The position numbers and the translations under genes are program-made. The notes beneath the pieces are model-generated. The model ran no database searches and had not been told where the DNA came from. It was given only the letters and a program-made list of their open reading frames with translations. 64,000 bases of DNA from Somniosus microcephalus (Eukaryota), in contig CM126207.1 of assembly GCA_052327205.1 (NCBI GenBank), positions 248,620,001 to 248,684,000 of the forward strand, given 5' to 3'. This document shows, one piece after another, positions 1 through 12,050 of this stretch; the stretch's first letter is position 1; every line of letters starts with the position of its first letter.

Positions 1-1579
1 GCAACAACCCCAGCACAGATAATCTAACCTGTGTAAACATGATCAGATCGTTCCATCAGAGGAGCCATACAGTGACTGTGGATGACCCAACATTGTTTCA
101 ATTAAAACACTTTTTGTATCTCTCTCTCTGCTGGTATTTCACAGTGCAGCTTTTGATTGCCTCTTCCATCAGTTTTATGTACGTGCTATCAGGTCTGCAG
201 AGCAAGGCTGGCTGGAGACTAGAATGCAGCGAGCATTACATTATACACAGGGGGGCTCAGTGGTCTGAGAAGTACATCACATGGGGTGAAGTGTGTGGGG
301 GGGGGCGGTGGGCTTTATGAAACAAGTAATATATTACTGGTGCTAGAGGGTGGGGAGTTGTGGCATGGAATCACAAGTGCTTTACACAAGACATTCTCTG
401 TAAATTCAACTGCGAGTATGAGAAAGTTGTATGAATTCACAACTGCTTTTCTAAGAAGTTCATTGGGTTAAAAGAGATAAATCAACAGACACTTTTGATG
501 TGAGCCAATCTGAAACTCCATTTGATCTAAAAATCAGGTAAGTTTTTTTTTAAGTCTGAATTTGGGCCTGAGTTGAAACATGTCAAGTTAAAATGGCCTG
601 TCCCTTTATACTTTAAATAAAATGGCAATACAGAAATGCTGCTCCACCAGGCACGCTCAGTCTATTTTGTGATCGTCTTTAGTAAAGGTGGAGTTAAAAC
701 TTGATCTGACTCCAGTCTTAACGACAACTTTAGCATCCTTGCCATTTTGCAACAGATGCTGCATTTGCAACAGTAACGTTCTCTGGGACTGCTCGACTGT
801 TCATTCGGATAATGGGGTGGCAGGATGCAGGGTTCATGTTCCCCGATTCCTAAAGTTCCTCATTTCAGCCGTACAGAAAGAGGGAGATGTTGAGCAAAAT
901 TAGATGTTTAGCAAAATTAGATGTTTCTGTACAGAGAGGGAAGGGAAGCTGGAGTAATAGTCACCTCAACCTGCTCTCATACAAGGTTCTATCGATCTGA
1001 TCCACATTGGGAAATGCCTGGCAACAGATCAGCTGCCCACCATCTCGGCTGGAGTACAGAATAGCAAAAAAATGTAAACAGCTTAGAAAGGACAAAATCA
1101 AAACTGAACAATAACGACTCACACATCAATATATAAATGACGTTAGAAGTAGGAATTATTAAAGGCCTATAAATTAGTACTGAAAAGCCACAATTTAAAA
1201 AGGCTACCGCTATCAAATGGCCTCTATACTGCACTAGGTTCAAACTCAAAGCAGTGCGAGTTAGTCTTCTGGTGAGGGTCTCACGTCTCAGGGCTTTAGC
1301 ATGCTTGGTGGCCTCCAGAGTTATACTGCCACTTTTGCATTGATATGCACCCAAAACTACCTTGCAATGATGCTGAACTCACAGTGTAATTGCACCTTTA
1401 GTCTCATCATAAACAACATGCCTTAAAAGCATAGAAAAGATGGCCATCTTTCAAAGAGTCAGTTCAAAAGTCTTCTTGATGCTAGACATTAGCTTTTCAC
1501 CTCTGCAACATGGGTTCAAATCCAGCCCAGGTGAATGGGATTAAAGTCTCCTCTGGCTGCAGAAACTGCTTACTACTTG

Positions 1580-1921
1580 CTTACAACCCGCCCACTCCTT
1601 TCCTTTTTTTTCTCTCTCCCACATGGCAGCTGTCTCTCATTCTGCCAGCACCTTTCACACCTAATCTGAGCCATCTTTTGTCTCCATTAGTCCTATCACC
1701 ATCTTGTCTCGTTTTGAATACCTCTTAATGTCTCTTCACTTCTTTTGTTCTCTCCCAGCCCGGCCTTTCGATCTATTTCATTTCCTTTCCAGTTTTGAAA
1801 AAGGGTTAGACCCGAAACGTCGACTCGAATTTCTCTCCATGGATGTTGCCTGGCCTGCTGAGTTTTTCCAGCATTTTCTGTTGTTATTTCGGATTTCCAG
1901 CATCTGCAGTATTTTGCTATC
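1580..1921 (+). mobile_element. Penelope-like element pseudo-LTR (solo), inserted in the SINE
   Basis: Colinear with the pLTR arms at 19142-19440 and 19665-19940; ends GCAGTATTTTGCTATC; imperfect flanking duplication TACTACTTG / TACTATTTG. Confidence 0.8.
1791..1825 (+). ncRNA. Minimal type I hammerhead ribozyme motif (Penelope pLTR), U3/A8 core variant
   Basis: AGTT-TTGAAAA-A-GGGT(TAG)ACCC-GAAA-CGTC-GACT: stem I AGTT/GACT, stem II GGGT/ACCC, palindromic ACGT stem III, GUC triplet. Activity unknown. Confidence 0.5.
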
Positions 1922-2061
1922 ATACTATTTGAAATGGGTTTGGACAGCCTCAATTCAGTTCCTGGTGCAAATGGGCCCCAGCACAAAACTGTCCCAGATC
2001 CAGCACAAATTAGCAATCTCACTCAGAAAGGTCATAAATGGTGTGGGATGTGGAAAGAATG

Positions 2062-2714
2062 AAGGCCAATGGAATGTTGGCTTTTATTGCTAGGGGGATG
2101 GAATATAAAAACAGGGAGGTATTGCTGCAGTTGTACAAGGTATTGGTGAGACCACACCTGGAATACTGCATACAGTTTTGGTGTCCATACTTAAGAAAAG
2201 ACATACTTGCTCTCGAGGCAGTACAAAGAAGGTTCACTCGGTTAATCCCGGGGATGAGGGGGTTGACATATGAGGAGAGGTTGAGTAGATTGGGACTCTA
2301 CTCATTGGAGTTCAGAAGAATGAGAGGCGATCTTATTGAAACATATAAGATTGTGAAGGGGCTTGATCAGGTGGATGCGGTGAGGATGTTCCCAATGATG
2401 GGTGAAACTAGAACTAGGGGGCATAATCTTAGAATAAGGGGCTGCTCTTTCAAAACTGAGATGAGGAGAAACTTCTTCACTCAGAGGGTGGTAGGTCTGT
2501 GGAATTTGCTGCCCCAGAGAGCTGTGGAAGCTACATCATTAAATAAATTTAAAACAGAAATAGACAGTTTCCTAGAAGTAAAGGGAATTCGGGGTTACGG
2601 GGAGCGGGCAGGAAATCGGACATGAGTCTAGGTTCGGATCGGTCATGGCCCTGTGGGTGGCGGAGCAGGCCCAGGGGCCGTGTAGCCTGGTCCTGCTCCT
2701 ACTTCTTGTGTTCT
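2062..2714 (+). mobile_element. CR1 LINE, 5'-truncated (ORF2 C-terminus plus 3' UTR)
   Basis: ORF 2038-2625 has CR1 ORF2 C-terminal motifs LYKVLVRPHLEYCIQFW, VQRRFTRLIPGM, YEERLSRLGLYSLE, RMRGDLIETYKI, RTRGH, FFTQRVV; tail TCCTGCTCCTACTTCTTGTGTTCT. Confidence 0.95.
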
Positions 2715-2721
2715 AATTCTG

Positions 2722-3020
2722 TGTTAGATTTCAGGAGATGGTTCTATTCACAGGGATTAGTGGAGACCTCGGGAACAGGCTGCCAGCTAGGAGTCCTTCA
2801 AGAGTAAATTGGGTCTGTTCCTGGCTGGGGTGGAGATCACCTCTTGCAGAAGGTAAGTACTGCAGGAAATACAGGGACAGAGTGATCTCCTGGACGAGTT
2901 TCGATCGCCTAGATGGGTCGGAGAGGAATTTCCCAGATTTTTTATCCCAAATTGGCCATTGGGTTTTTTATCTGGTTTTTCGCCTCTCCCGGGAGATCAC
3001 ATGGGTTCGGGTGGGATGGA
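2722..3020 (+). mobile_element. 3' region of a second CR1 subfamily
   Basis: Contains GGGTCGGAGAGGAATTTCCCAGA and GCCTCTCCCGGGAGATCACATGG; the reverse complements recur at ~38210-38400 and at ~46620-46720, where they adjoin CR1 ORF2 remnants. Confidence 0.65.
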
Positions 3021-3024
3021 GAGT

Positions 3025-3127
3025 GAAAGTAGATTTGAGGTTAGGATCAGATCAGCCATGATCTTATTGAATGGCGGAGCAGGCTCGAGGGGCCGATTGG
3101 CCTACTCCTGCTCCTATTTCTTATGTT
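3025..3127 (+). mobile_element. CR1 3' tail (or CR1-tailed SINE end)
   Basis: GATCAGCCATGATCTTATTGAATGGCGGAGCAGGCTCGAGGGGCCGATTGGCCTACTCCTGCTCCTATTTCTTATGTT, near-identical to the CR1 tail at 6800-6885. Confidence 0.85.
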
Positions 3128-4137
3128 TAATGTCCCACGAGAGCAGCAGGGCGAGTTCTTCTGAGGTTGGAGCCGAGGCATGTCATTGAAGTAAAGTAGC
3201 AGGAGCTTTAATCGCCATCTGGCTCTGTTATACCTGACCTAGGAGTGCCTGGTGCCAACAACGTGTGCCTAAAATGGAAATAGGGCCATGCCCCAGCCCC
3301 AACATCTCTCAGCGCAAATATCATTATACAATTTTTTTTTTAATTACAAACTGAATTGCTGAAAAGAATCTATTTAAACATATTGTCTGATACATTTATT
3401 GTATCTTTTGGTCACCCTTGTGCATCAAATGTTGAAATGAGAGTCGCTATAAGTTTTTAATGTTGCCAGCAGGCCATCTGATTAAAGGCAGAGGGGTGGG
3501 AGGAACTAGAGGAGAAAATGTTAAAAAGGAGGGAGAAACAGAAAAATGAAGTGACTGCAAACCGTTGATTGTTTTCTGAGGAATTTGGTCAAAGTAGAGC
3601 ATCCGAGCACACCGGTGAAAATGCTCAATTGTGGACAGTGGTTTTCTTTCACATCTACATTTCTAAGTGACCTATTTTATCACTGTGTTGACTAATCCGC
3701 CTACCATTAATTCACAGAGTACCTGCTTTATTTGCAGTGCCTTACTGTTTTTCTTAGTCAGATCATTTTCAGCCGACTTAATCAGACATGTTGGAAAGTC
3801 TCAAAGAACAAAAACAAGACATCTGAGTGTAAGCATACTTCATGGAATTTTGTCAAAGCACCCTCGCCAGATAATTTGATGAGAGGTAACCCTTCACGAG
3901 TATCACATAAATTGGCATGGTTATATATTTTTTTAATATCAAGGTATCTAATTAATTTGGGATGCTATCGACTTAGGTTGAATTCATGTTGCACTGGTTA
4001 CCAACTTTGGCATCTAACTTTGTGAATAATACAGGTCTGCCAGCAAATTCCAGAAAGGAATGAGCTAGTTGACTACAATTCAGAAATCATGAGCTGAAGT
4101 TAAATGAGTCATTTTCCAGCAAATCCCTGTGAATGGG

Positions 4138-4256
4138 AAATAAAAACAGAAAAGGCTGGAAATGCAAGGCAGGTAGATGAACCAGTCTCCTTTCAGATGC
4201 TCCTGCATTTCCAGATTTTCCCATTTCAGATTTCCGGCATTTGTGGTTTTTATTTC
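4138..4256. mobile_element. Decayed inverted Penelope pLTR remnant
   Basis: AAAACAGAAAAGGCTGGAAAT followed by CAGATGCT...ATTTCCAG...TTTCAGATTTCCGGCATTTG, i.e. the pLTR 3' end in both orientations. Confidence 0.5.
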
Positions 4257-5584
4257 TCCACAAACAAATACGGCCAATCTGAAGTCTTTCACCAGGACTG
4301 ACACGCATACAAAAACTGAAAAGGAAAATGGGCATTAATTGCAGTTCAAATTTCCTCTTTTTAACAAGGTTTTTCATCCATGTGGAATGCAAGCTGGACT
4401 AGAGAATAAACAAAACTCATCCAAATGTACTGAAGACTTCAAGCCAGGGCTGAAAAGAAAAACGTAAAACCGCCTCATCAGGCGAGAGTAAATTTTAAAC
4501 ATGTAAATGTAACGGGCGGACACGGGGCAGCTTCCAGCATGGAGGGAAAGAAAATGGAAAGATGAGTCACCCCTGGCTCTCTCACACACCTCCTTGTGGC
4601 CAGTTGCAGAGGGCTGGGAGAACGGGACTTGTCTGCCTTTCACCTCAGGGTGCTGAGTGCGTGATGCACGAGAAGGGGGAATTAAGGAGACAATACAAGA
4701 GGGGGCCGCTTAAATAAAAAATAAAAAGGTGCAAGAGTGTGGCAGCCCTTTTCTGCGCCAAGTAACAAGAGACTTTCGAGGAAGGTGATGGACATTGAGG
4801 CTGAATTCTACGCTGTGCAAAGGGATGCTGTGATTGCTGCTGAGGAAATTTCGCAAATGTTTATTTTAAAATAATATTGACGTGCAGCTGTATCATACCA
4901 CAGAAGGCAGCTACCAAAATCTGAGGACAAGTTACAACCTACAGCAAAAACCTCCGGCCACATGGTTTGCGTGAATTAAAAGAAAAAATCCCAATACTGT
5001 GACACTGGCTGAAATGGCCAGCGTGTACATTTGCAGCCACACAGATACACCACGCAAAGCTGATAGCTTATTTTGACCAAGACTGCAAGGTGGATATTTC
5101 ATATCTCTTCCTGCAGGCTATTTTCTACACAATACGCGTGAAACACTAGCCAACGGCTGACATCGCCCAGCTACTTGAAGTGCGCTTAGGGCCGAGGACA
5201 TTAACACTGTCATGAACTGCAATCAAATCATGTTGAAATATTCATCAGTGGATTGGAAAATGCAATGGTACAGATATGGCAAGAGAGGAGGTAACAGGAC
5301 ACCTACTTTCCATTATGATGGAAATATCAGCCCATTCTGAATATGTACAACCCAGAAAACATATTGATTTTTCATTTGGAATAAAAATCACCAACCTGAA
5401 ACTGTCAGATCCCTTTGTTAATAGCTCATCCCCTGTAGACGCAGTCCACCACAAACAGATTTTAATTGTAAAGCATGCACTCGGATAAACAACTAACAAA
5501 AAGGGCAAGCCGTCCTAGAGACTTCTGTTTTCGAAATCCCCTTTTCAAAAAAAAACAATCAAGCTTCATTACTAATGCAATAAT

Positions 5585-6278
5585 GGTCCAGAATTTACCG
5601 GAGCGGGGCATCTCACGGCGTACCCGTTTGTTGGACTTTTTTCCCTCACTCTCCAGCTTTAAGAAATTTTGCGCCGCAAATTGCTGGAAGTGCGAGCTGA
5701 CAACGGGGGGACCGGCGACCTCGGTGAACGACAGGGCCAACTGGCTATCTCCTTTAACCAATGAGATTTAAGGATCGAGAAAGAAACAGGAACGAGAAAG
5801 AAGGAAATGGGGTGAATTAGAGTAAAATAGATACGGAAAGAAAAGTAGAGAGGGAAAGAAAGATTGGATTAAGAGAGAGAAAGAAAAAAAAGAGACAGAA
5901 AGGAAAAGTAAGAATTTAAAAGAAAATCCTCTGGGAAGTACTTACTACCTGCAGGAGTGAGACCTTACTGTTTCAATTGTTCCCTTTCTGGGCCGGGGAG
6001 GTTGAGTGGCATTGCAATAACATATATCTATATATCTAGTCATTAAAAGGGTCCTTATGTCATTAAGTAGCAGCCTAACTTTCTGCGGTGAGTTTAATTC
6101 ATTTTAACTGAGCAAATGCAGCAATTTCTTGAAACTCACAGGGAGGTTGAGCAGCGCAAATCGCCCAGCAATTTGCAACTCACGGCGTATCTCTTCCCTC
6201 ACAAATTGCTGGGCAATTTACACACTAATAACGGTGTGTGCATTAAACTCGCGTTAATTTCCCAGCACATTCTGGCCC
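5585..6278. mobile_element. Harbinger-type MITE
   Basis: Imperfect TIRs GGTCCAGAATTT ... ACATTCTGGCCC; flanks AAT / ATT (2 of 3 match); GC-rich subterminal arms and GA-rich centre. Confidence 0.65.
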
Positions 6279-6397
6279 ATTTTTCTGTATTTTTAAACAT
6301 GGTATGTGCTTTGTTCATCCATATAGCATTCGCTTAATGCTGCAGTGTCCCGAGGATGGTGAAATTCTAATTATATTCACTGTAAAATAATAACTGA

Positions 6398-6885
6398 TTA
6401 TCTAAGGAAGGATGTTCTTGCCATGGAGGGAGTGCAGCGAAGATTCACCAGACTGATACCTGGGATGGCAGGAATGACGTATGAAGAGAGATTGGGTCGA
6501 TTAGGCTTATATTCGCTAGAGTTTAGTAGAATGAGAGGGGATCTCATTGAAACTTATAAAATTCTAACAGGACTAGACAGGCTAGATGCAGGAAGGCTGT
6601 TCCCGATGGCGGGGGAGTCCAGAACCAGGGGTCACAGTCTAAGGATAAGGGGTAAGCCATTTATGACTGAGATGAGGAGGAATTGCTTCACCCAGAGAGT
6701 GAATATATTAAATATATTCAAGAAGGAGTTAGATATATTTCTTAAGGCTAAGGGGATCAAGGGATATGTGGAGAAAGCAGGGAGAGGGTGCTGAATTTAG
6801 ATGATCAGCCATGATCTCATTAAATGGCGGAACAGGCTTGAGGGGCCGAATGGCCTACTCCTGCTCCTATCTTCTATGTTTCTAT
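6398..6885 (+). mobile_element. CR1 LINE, 5'-truncated with internal deletion
   Basis: ORF 6423-6794 MEGVQRRFTRLIPGM...RMRGDLIETYKIL...RTRGH; the segment after FTQRV is deleted relative to the 2062 copy; CR1 tail with CTATGTTTCTAT. Confidence 0.95.
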
Positions 6886-7049
6886 ATACCGTTGTCACAA
6901 ACCAACATGTTTGTGCGGACATTTTCTGTAAAAATGCGTTAGCCATGATAGGGAGGAAATGGTTATGTCTGGGTTAGAACTAGAGGCCGATCTATTAATC
7001 ACCACAACATCTGTGAACCTCTGACGTGTGAAAAGTGTATTCAGACCAG

Positions 7050-7330
7050 AAGTTTCAATTTTTGGCCTGTGCTGAATCAGCTGAAATTAGCCAAGGCAGC
7101 ATTTGCTGAGTTACACTTCTCCTCAGCACCCCCAAACCAGGAAGGGGAATAAAATGGCCAGGTTTACCACTCTTGACAGCTACCTTGTGACCTCCCTGGC
7201 TCAGCTGTGATTCCCTCTACAGTCAAACAGTTTACTCACACTCGCGCATCAAAAAATGGGCACTTGGGTAAGCTACCAGAGGGCTCCTGGCACCCATGAA
7301 ACTGTACCCCAAACAAGAGTCTGTAGGAGA
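7050..7330 (+). mobile_element. Ancient unclassified SINE-like repeat (family X)
   Basis: Diverged similarity, judged by eye, to 21655-21870 (+), 27370-27700 (-) and 31190-31460 (-): TGTGCTG..T.AGCT, G.CACTTGG..AG and (A/G)CTC(C/T/A)TGA blocks. Confidence 0.5.
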
Positions 7331-8075
7331 GAAGGGGAGAAAATTGGGAGAGAGAAAAAAGGAAAAAGCTCAGTTTTTTCCAAAACCTTTATGATAAAAG
7401 TTGTGATGTGGAGCCTCTGTGGATGGGAGTGCAGATCAGAGAATCAGAGGTGGAGGTGAACACACCTGATTCATCATTTTCCATTTTCTCATCATTTTAA
7501 TTTTAATGATGGGAAAATTGAGAGTGCTGCATACTAACCTCGGCACCTGATTCTCTGATCCATTCTCCCGTCGGAGCCTCACAAAATGTACCCTACTGTA
7601 TAATATCAGCATCAATGCAGCACACGAGATACTGATTATCCAGCTCAGTCTAGTCAAGTATTGCCATTCAGAGTGAACCAATGCTTTTGCTGTGTTTGTT
7701 ATTTCTCACTCTTCCATTCTCCTTTCACATATTCACTATTTCAGTTTATTGATTATTCAATGATGTTAGGCATTGAGGTTTGCACTTGAGAATGTGTTAC
7801 TAGAAGGTGAAGATTAAGAACACTGGAGTATTAATTAAACAATATATGACGGCTTTGTGTACAGCCTTGCCAAAGTGAAGACAGACTCGACACACAAGGA
7901 CAACAGTGACAGTGCAGCTCATATATTACCGAGTCTACATTTGGTAGTAACACGCATAAGGAGATTTCCTCTGTTTGCTAATGTTGTAATCCTTGTATGC
8001 ATTCTTTATACTCATTTTTATGATTTTGCTACAATTAGTGAAAAAAGGAACCTGGTAGCCTATTACTGTTACTTC

Positions 8076-10748
8076 GGGGGGGGGGGGGGTGGTGGCAGGG
8101 TCAGTGGCTGCATTTGGCGGTGGGGCGGGTGGGAATTTTTTTCTCTCACAGCGGGTAGGGAACCCGCTGTCAACCCACCTCCACGCTAGTCTCCCAGATG
8201 TTGGGTCTGACATCGCTGAACAGACCCGACACCAAGCGGTGGGGGAGGCAATTTAGATGATTAAGAGCTTGTTAAGAGGCACTTAAAAACGATTTTAAGT
8301 TCACTTTTAGATTTTAAGAGTTCGCCCACAGGTTCCCCAATGCTCGGGGAACACGTTAGGTAAGGAGGTCGGGTGTTGCATCAGCATGGGATGATTTCTT
8401 AACTTGACAGCTGAAAATGGTGTATAAAAGCTCCTATTTCACTTTCCAAGTTTAGAAGCTGTTGCTTAATGCATTTGGAAGACAGATTGAGATTTATGCA
8501 GGTTGCAAGTGTTTGGAGCAAACTCTCTATCCAGTGTCATCTCATTGGAACAACCTCTCTCACCATTGACAGATCCCTTCTGTCATCTCAAGTTCACCTG
8601 CCATCTATTCCATCAGCATCGGTGCCCTTGAAACTATCTCACCTTGGTCCTCAGGATCCCACCACGATCCGCCCCAACAGCACCAGGCACACCAGCAGCA
8701 CCAACAACACCAAACTTCTCCGCAATCAACTGATGCTGCACAGGACACAGGGCATCAGCACCTGACCACATTACTGCCCAGGATGCCAGTGATGGCCTCA
8801 CCCACGACTGTGTGGCTGTTCATGGTTCCAACACCATCATCAAGTTTGCGGATGGTACCACGGTAGTAGGCCAGATCACCAACAACGATGAGTCAGCCTA
8901 CAGGGAGGAGGTCCAGCATCTCCTGAAGTGGTGCGCCGATAACAACCTGGCCCTTAACATCAAGAAAACCAAAGAAATCATTGTGGACTTCAGGAAGTCT
9001 AAAGGCGGAAGTCACACCCCCATCCACATCAATGGGGCTGTGGTGGAAAGGGTGGACAGCTTTAAGTTCCTCGGAGTCCACATCACGGAAGACCTCTCCT
9101 GGTCCCTCAATACCTCCTCTCTGGTGAAGAATGCCCAGCAGCGCCTATATTTCCTAAGGAGGCTGAAGGGATGTAACTTGTCACCCCTGATCCTCTCTAA
9201 CTTTTACCGCTGCACAATAGAGAGCATCCTGACAAACTGTATCACAGTATGGTATGGCAGCTGTAGCTACTATGACCAGAAAGCCCTGCAGCGGGTAGTC
9301 AAAACTGCCCAACGCATTACCGGCACCCGGCTACCGACCATAGAGCACATATACCAGAAGCGCTGTTTACGGAGGTCACAGTCCATCATCAAAGACCCTA
9401 CCCACCCCAGCCACAGTCTGTTCACCCTCCTGCCATCTGGGAGACGCTACAGATGCATTCGCACCCGTACGACCAGATTTAGGAACAGCTTCTTTCCCAG
9501 GGCTGTCATCCTACTGAACTCCACAAATAAACTCTAAAGCCTGCACATCTGCCAATGCACTTTATTATGGTTATGTTTATGATAATGTATTACAAGCCAA
9601 ATGTATGTTGAATGTTTAAATGGCTTAATCTAAATGTACACTCTCGGGAGCCGCAAGCCTACATTTCGTTGTACTGCACTTGTGCACTAACAATGACAAT
9701 AAAAGTTGATTTGATTGATTTTTGATTTGATTTACTTCACTTGACGCTGTACACCCTGGCTGCCACATGATGCGCCAGGTTGGCACCACCCCACACCAAC
9801 ATCATAAAGCATCCCTACAATGCCCATGTCATTCCTTTCACACTCATCACCATTGCGGGGGGTACCGTTATGTCTCACCATTCACTGCAACTCACTAAGC
9901 CACTTCTAAAAGGTGCACACAAATCTGTCCAAGAACGCAAAGTGTTGAAAATAAAGATTTCAATGTTTGACAGCACATTAACAGAAACTTTACATGAACA
10001 TTAGCTAAAACACCCAAGTGGCTACCCTTGTGTGTTGTTACTTGGTATGATTGGACTAGGATGAGGGTGAGTGTAAGCAGTGGCTAGTGAGATGGGGAAG
10101 TGATGATGTAGATAGAGAGGGATGGGTGGAGGTGTAAGATAAGCTGGTGTGAGTAAGGATGTGCAGGAGTAGGGTAGGGAAGGCAGAGTGATGGGGATAT
10201 GATGAGTGGCACAGCAGGATGAGGTTGAGTGTGGCTTGGCAGTAACGTTTCGTGATCTACTGAGATCATTGAAAGGTTTGCGCCACTGCAGCCTGGTCCT
10301 CCTGACGACATCCCTGCTTGTGTCCTCCTGTGCAATGTGCAACCAGGCTGCGTTGATCTACTGGGGAGGTCTCTTCCACCCACTGGAAGGGAAGAAAACC
10401 TGCCTGCATGCTGTGACTCCCTCCATAAGCATATGGAGGGAGTCATGGGAGAGCCTGGGTGCAGCCGTGCACCTCTGTGCAGTGCTTGTCAGTGTTTGCA
10501 GCACCTCAATGCTGTAGAACACTGACAGCACAACTGTCAATATCAATTTGTACATGGCCCCTTTAAGGGAACCGGCTGATGACCCGTCATCAAATCACGT
10601 CATCAGACCCGCTTCCTTCAATTGGCCGGGAAACGTGCTGCGCGGGCTTAACATAATTTCACAGAGCAGACTGGAGCCAACAGCGGGGTCGTATCCCGCT
10701 ACTGACCCTGGCCACACTGGACCCGCCCACATAGGCGAAATCGCGGCC
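8076..10748 (+). mobile_element. Non-autonomous PIF/Harbinger-derived element, copy A (left TIR lost; interrupted by a Rex1 LINE)
   Basis: Colinear with copies B (33348-35028, reversed) and C (44676-46385); right end GAAATCGCGGCC; decayed Myb/SANT-like coding on the minus strand (AAPRLSHDSL...RRTRLQWRKPFNDL) with an in-frame TAG. Confidence 0.85.
8803..9728 (+). mobile_element. Rex1/Babar-clade LINE, 5'-truncated (RT C-terminal half plus 3' UTR)
   Basis: ORF 8812-9537: (HDCVA)VHGSNTIIKFADGTTVVG, LNIKKTKEIIVDFRK, FKFLGVHI, AQQRLYFLRRL, FYRCTIESIL, LLPSGRRYR, RFRNSFFP; 3' end CAATGACAATAAA followed by a (TGATT)n-like tail. The catalytic FADD motif reads FADG. Confidence 0.92.
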
Positions 10749-12050
10749 GTCATCACAACTTTAAAATTTGTCTTAATTCTTCAATTTCTTAGTACTTCTG
10801 AACTAGTTTGTCAAATACTGTGCTGCCAACACAGCCCTGCCCCTCTATTGCAGTTGGACCCAAATTGAGAACCTGGCACCAAGATGGCATCAAATCACCC
10901 CCAATCAGATCGCAGCATTCAAAAAAGACACAATTTCATGAAAATGTGCTATATTTTCTAAGAAAGCTTGAAGCACTGCAGCATTTAACAAACCTAATAG
11001 TGAAACATATTTTAATTTAATGGCATAAAATATTTAAAGTTACTGGACAAGCAAAGGGCTGACGTCACCATGGTGAACATGTTTTGTACAGGGAGGAGCG
11101 CTCAGTGATATGGGCAATGGCATGATACTGTCATTACTCCGCTAATCATATCAGATGGGACAGGCATTACTGCTATAAAATAAAAATAAAATTTCCACTC
11201 AAAAACTCAAATTCGGAATTCAAGGAAAGTTGGGGCTGCAGCATGTATAATTTCTACGGCAGCAGGAACTCTCCTGGGAAGCGAACATGGTATTTTCAGA
11301 ACCAGCTGGTCGAGTGCCTGAGCATACTCTAAGCTCACCAAGTGCCCCTTTAAAAGGGTAAATGAAAGGTCAGATCACTTACTGCCCTGTGCAGCCACAG
11401 TAAATCAGTGATGTACTGTTCAAGAGCAGGTGGAAACAAAAAATCTTACAAAGGGTTAATTTAACGTTTTTCTCTCACACTTTGTTATTTGCACATTTTC
11501 CTCGTGTTGTTCTGACAGTGTTTCGCTAGGTTCCTGCCTAACTCTCGGTCAGTGTGTGGTGTACGGCAACCAAATGGATAAAGAAAAAAAAGAGGAAAAT
11601 TAAAATAACTCTCAAGTTATAGCCCTATCTCCCAAGTATATTCTTTCCAGAGCAGGGATAGTGACTTTTATGATGGGATTTTGTCTGATAATAAACTAAG
11701 ATACTACGTACTGAAGGAACATCCTCTCCCTTCCAGGACAATTGTGTTCTTTTTAATGACTTACTGTACACAAGGTATCAGAGCTTTAATAGTCGCTTCA
11801 TCAGGTCATGAATTCTTGAGGCACTTCCATAGAAAGCAGAAAAATGAAAATGAGGTGAAGCTACAGTGCTCAATTACTGCAATGTTTACTACTTTCTTCA
11901 AGTTAACCTCTCTCGCGCATTTCCTCTTCAGTTGTGGCAGGGTCTGTTCCGTGGACTTGTGAAACAGGTGGTGTTAACGCTGCTCCTTCCTCAAATGGGC
12001 CTGGAGATGTGCTTCAGAAGGTAACACATTCCTCCCATAACTGGGACAAT

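Larger units (their letters stand above)
1490..3320 (+). mobile_element. Old tRNA-headed SINE (LF-SINE-like), split into three pieces (~1490-1575, ~1922-2061, ~3128-3320) by nested insertions
   Basis: B-box-like GGGTTCAAATCC followed by AGCCCAGG. Joined together, the pieces are colinear with the uninterrupted copy at ~51160-51500 (shared CAAATCCAGCCC, GAAATG(G/A)GTTT, TTCCT(G/A)GTGCA, ATCTCACTCAGAAAGG, TTCTTCT(G/A)AGG, ACCT(A/G)GGAGT, ATGGAAA). Confidence 0.65.

Noticed and set aside
886-926. 17-bp tandem GATGTT(G/T)AGCAAAATTA
   Set aside because: Simple local slippage duplication (about 2.4 units); no further structure.
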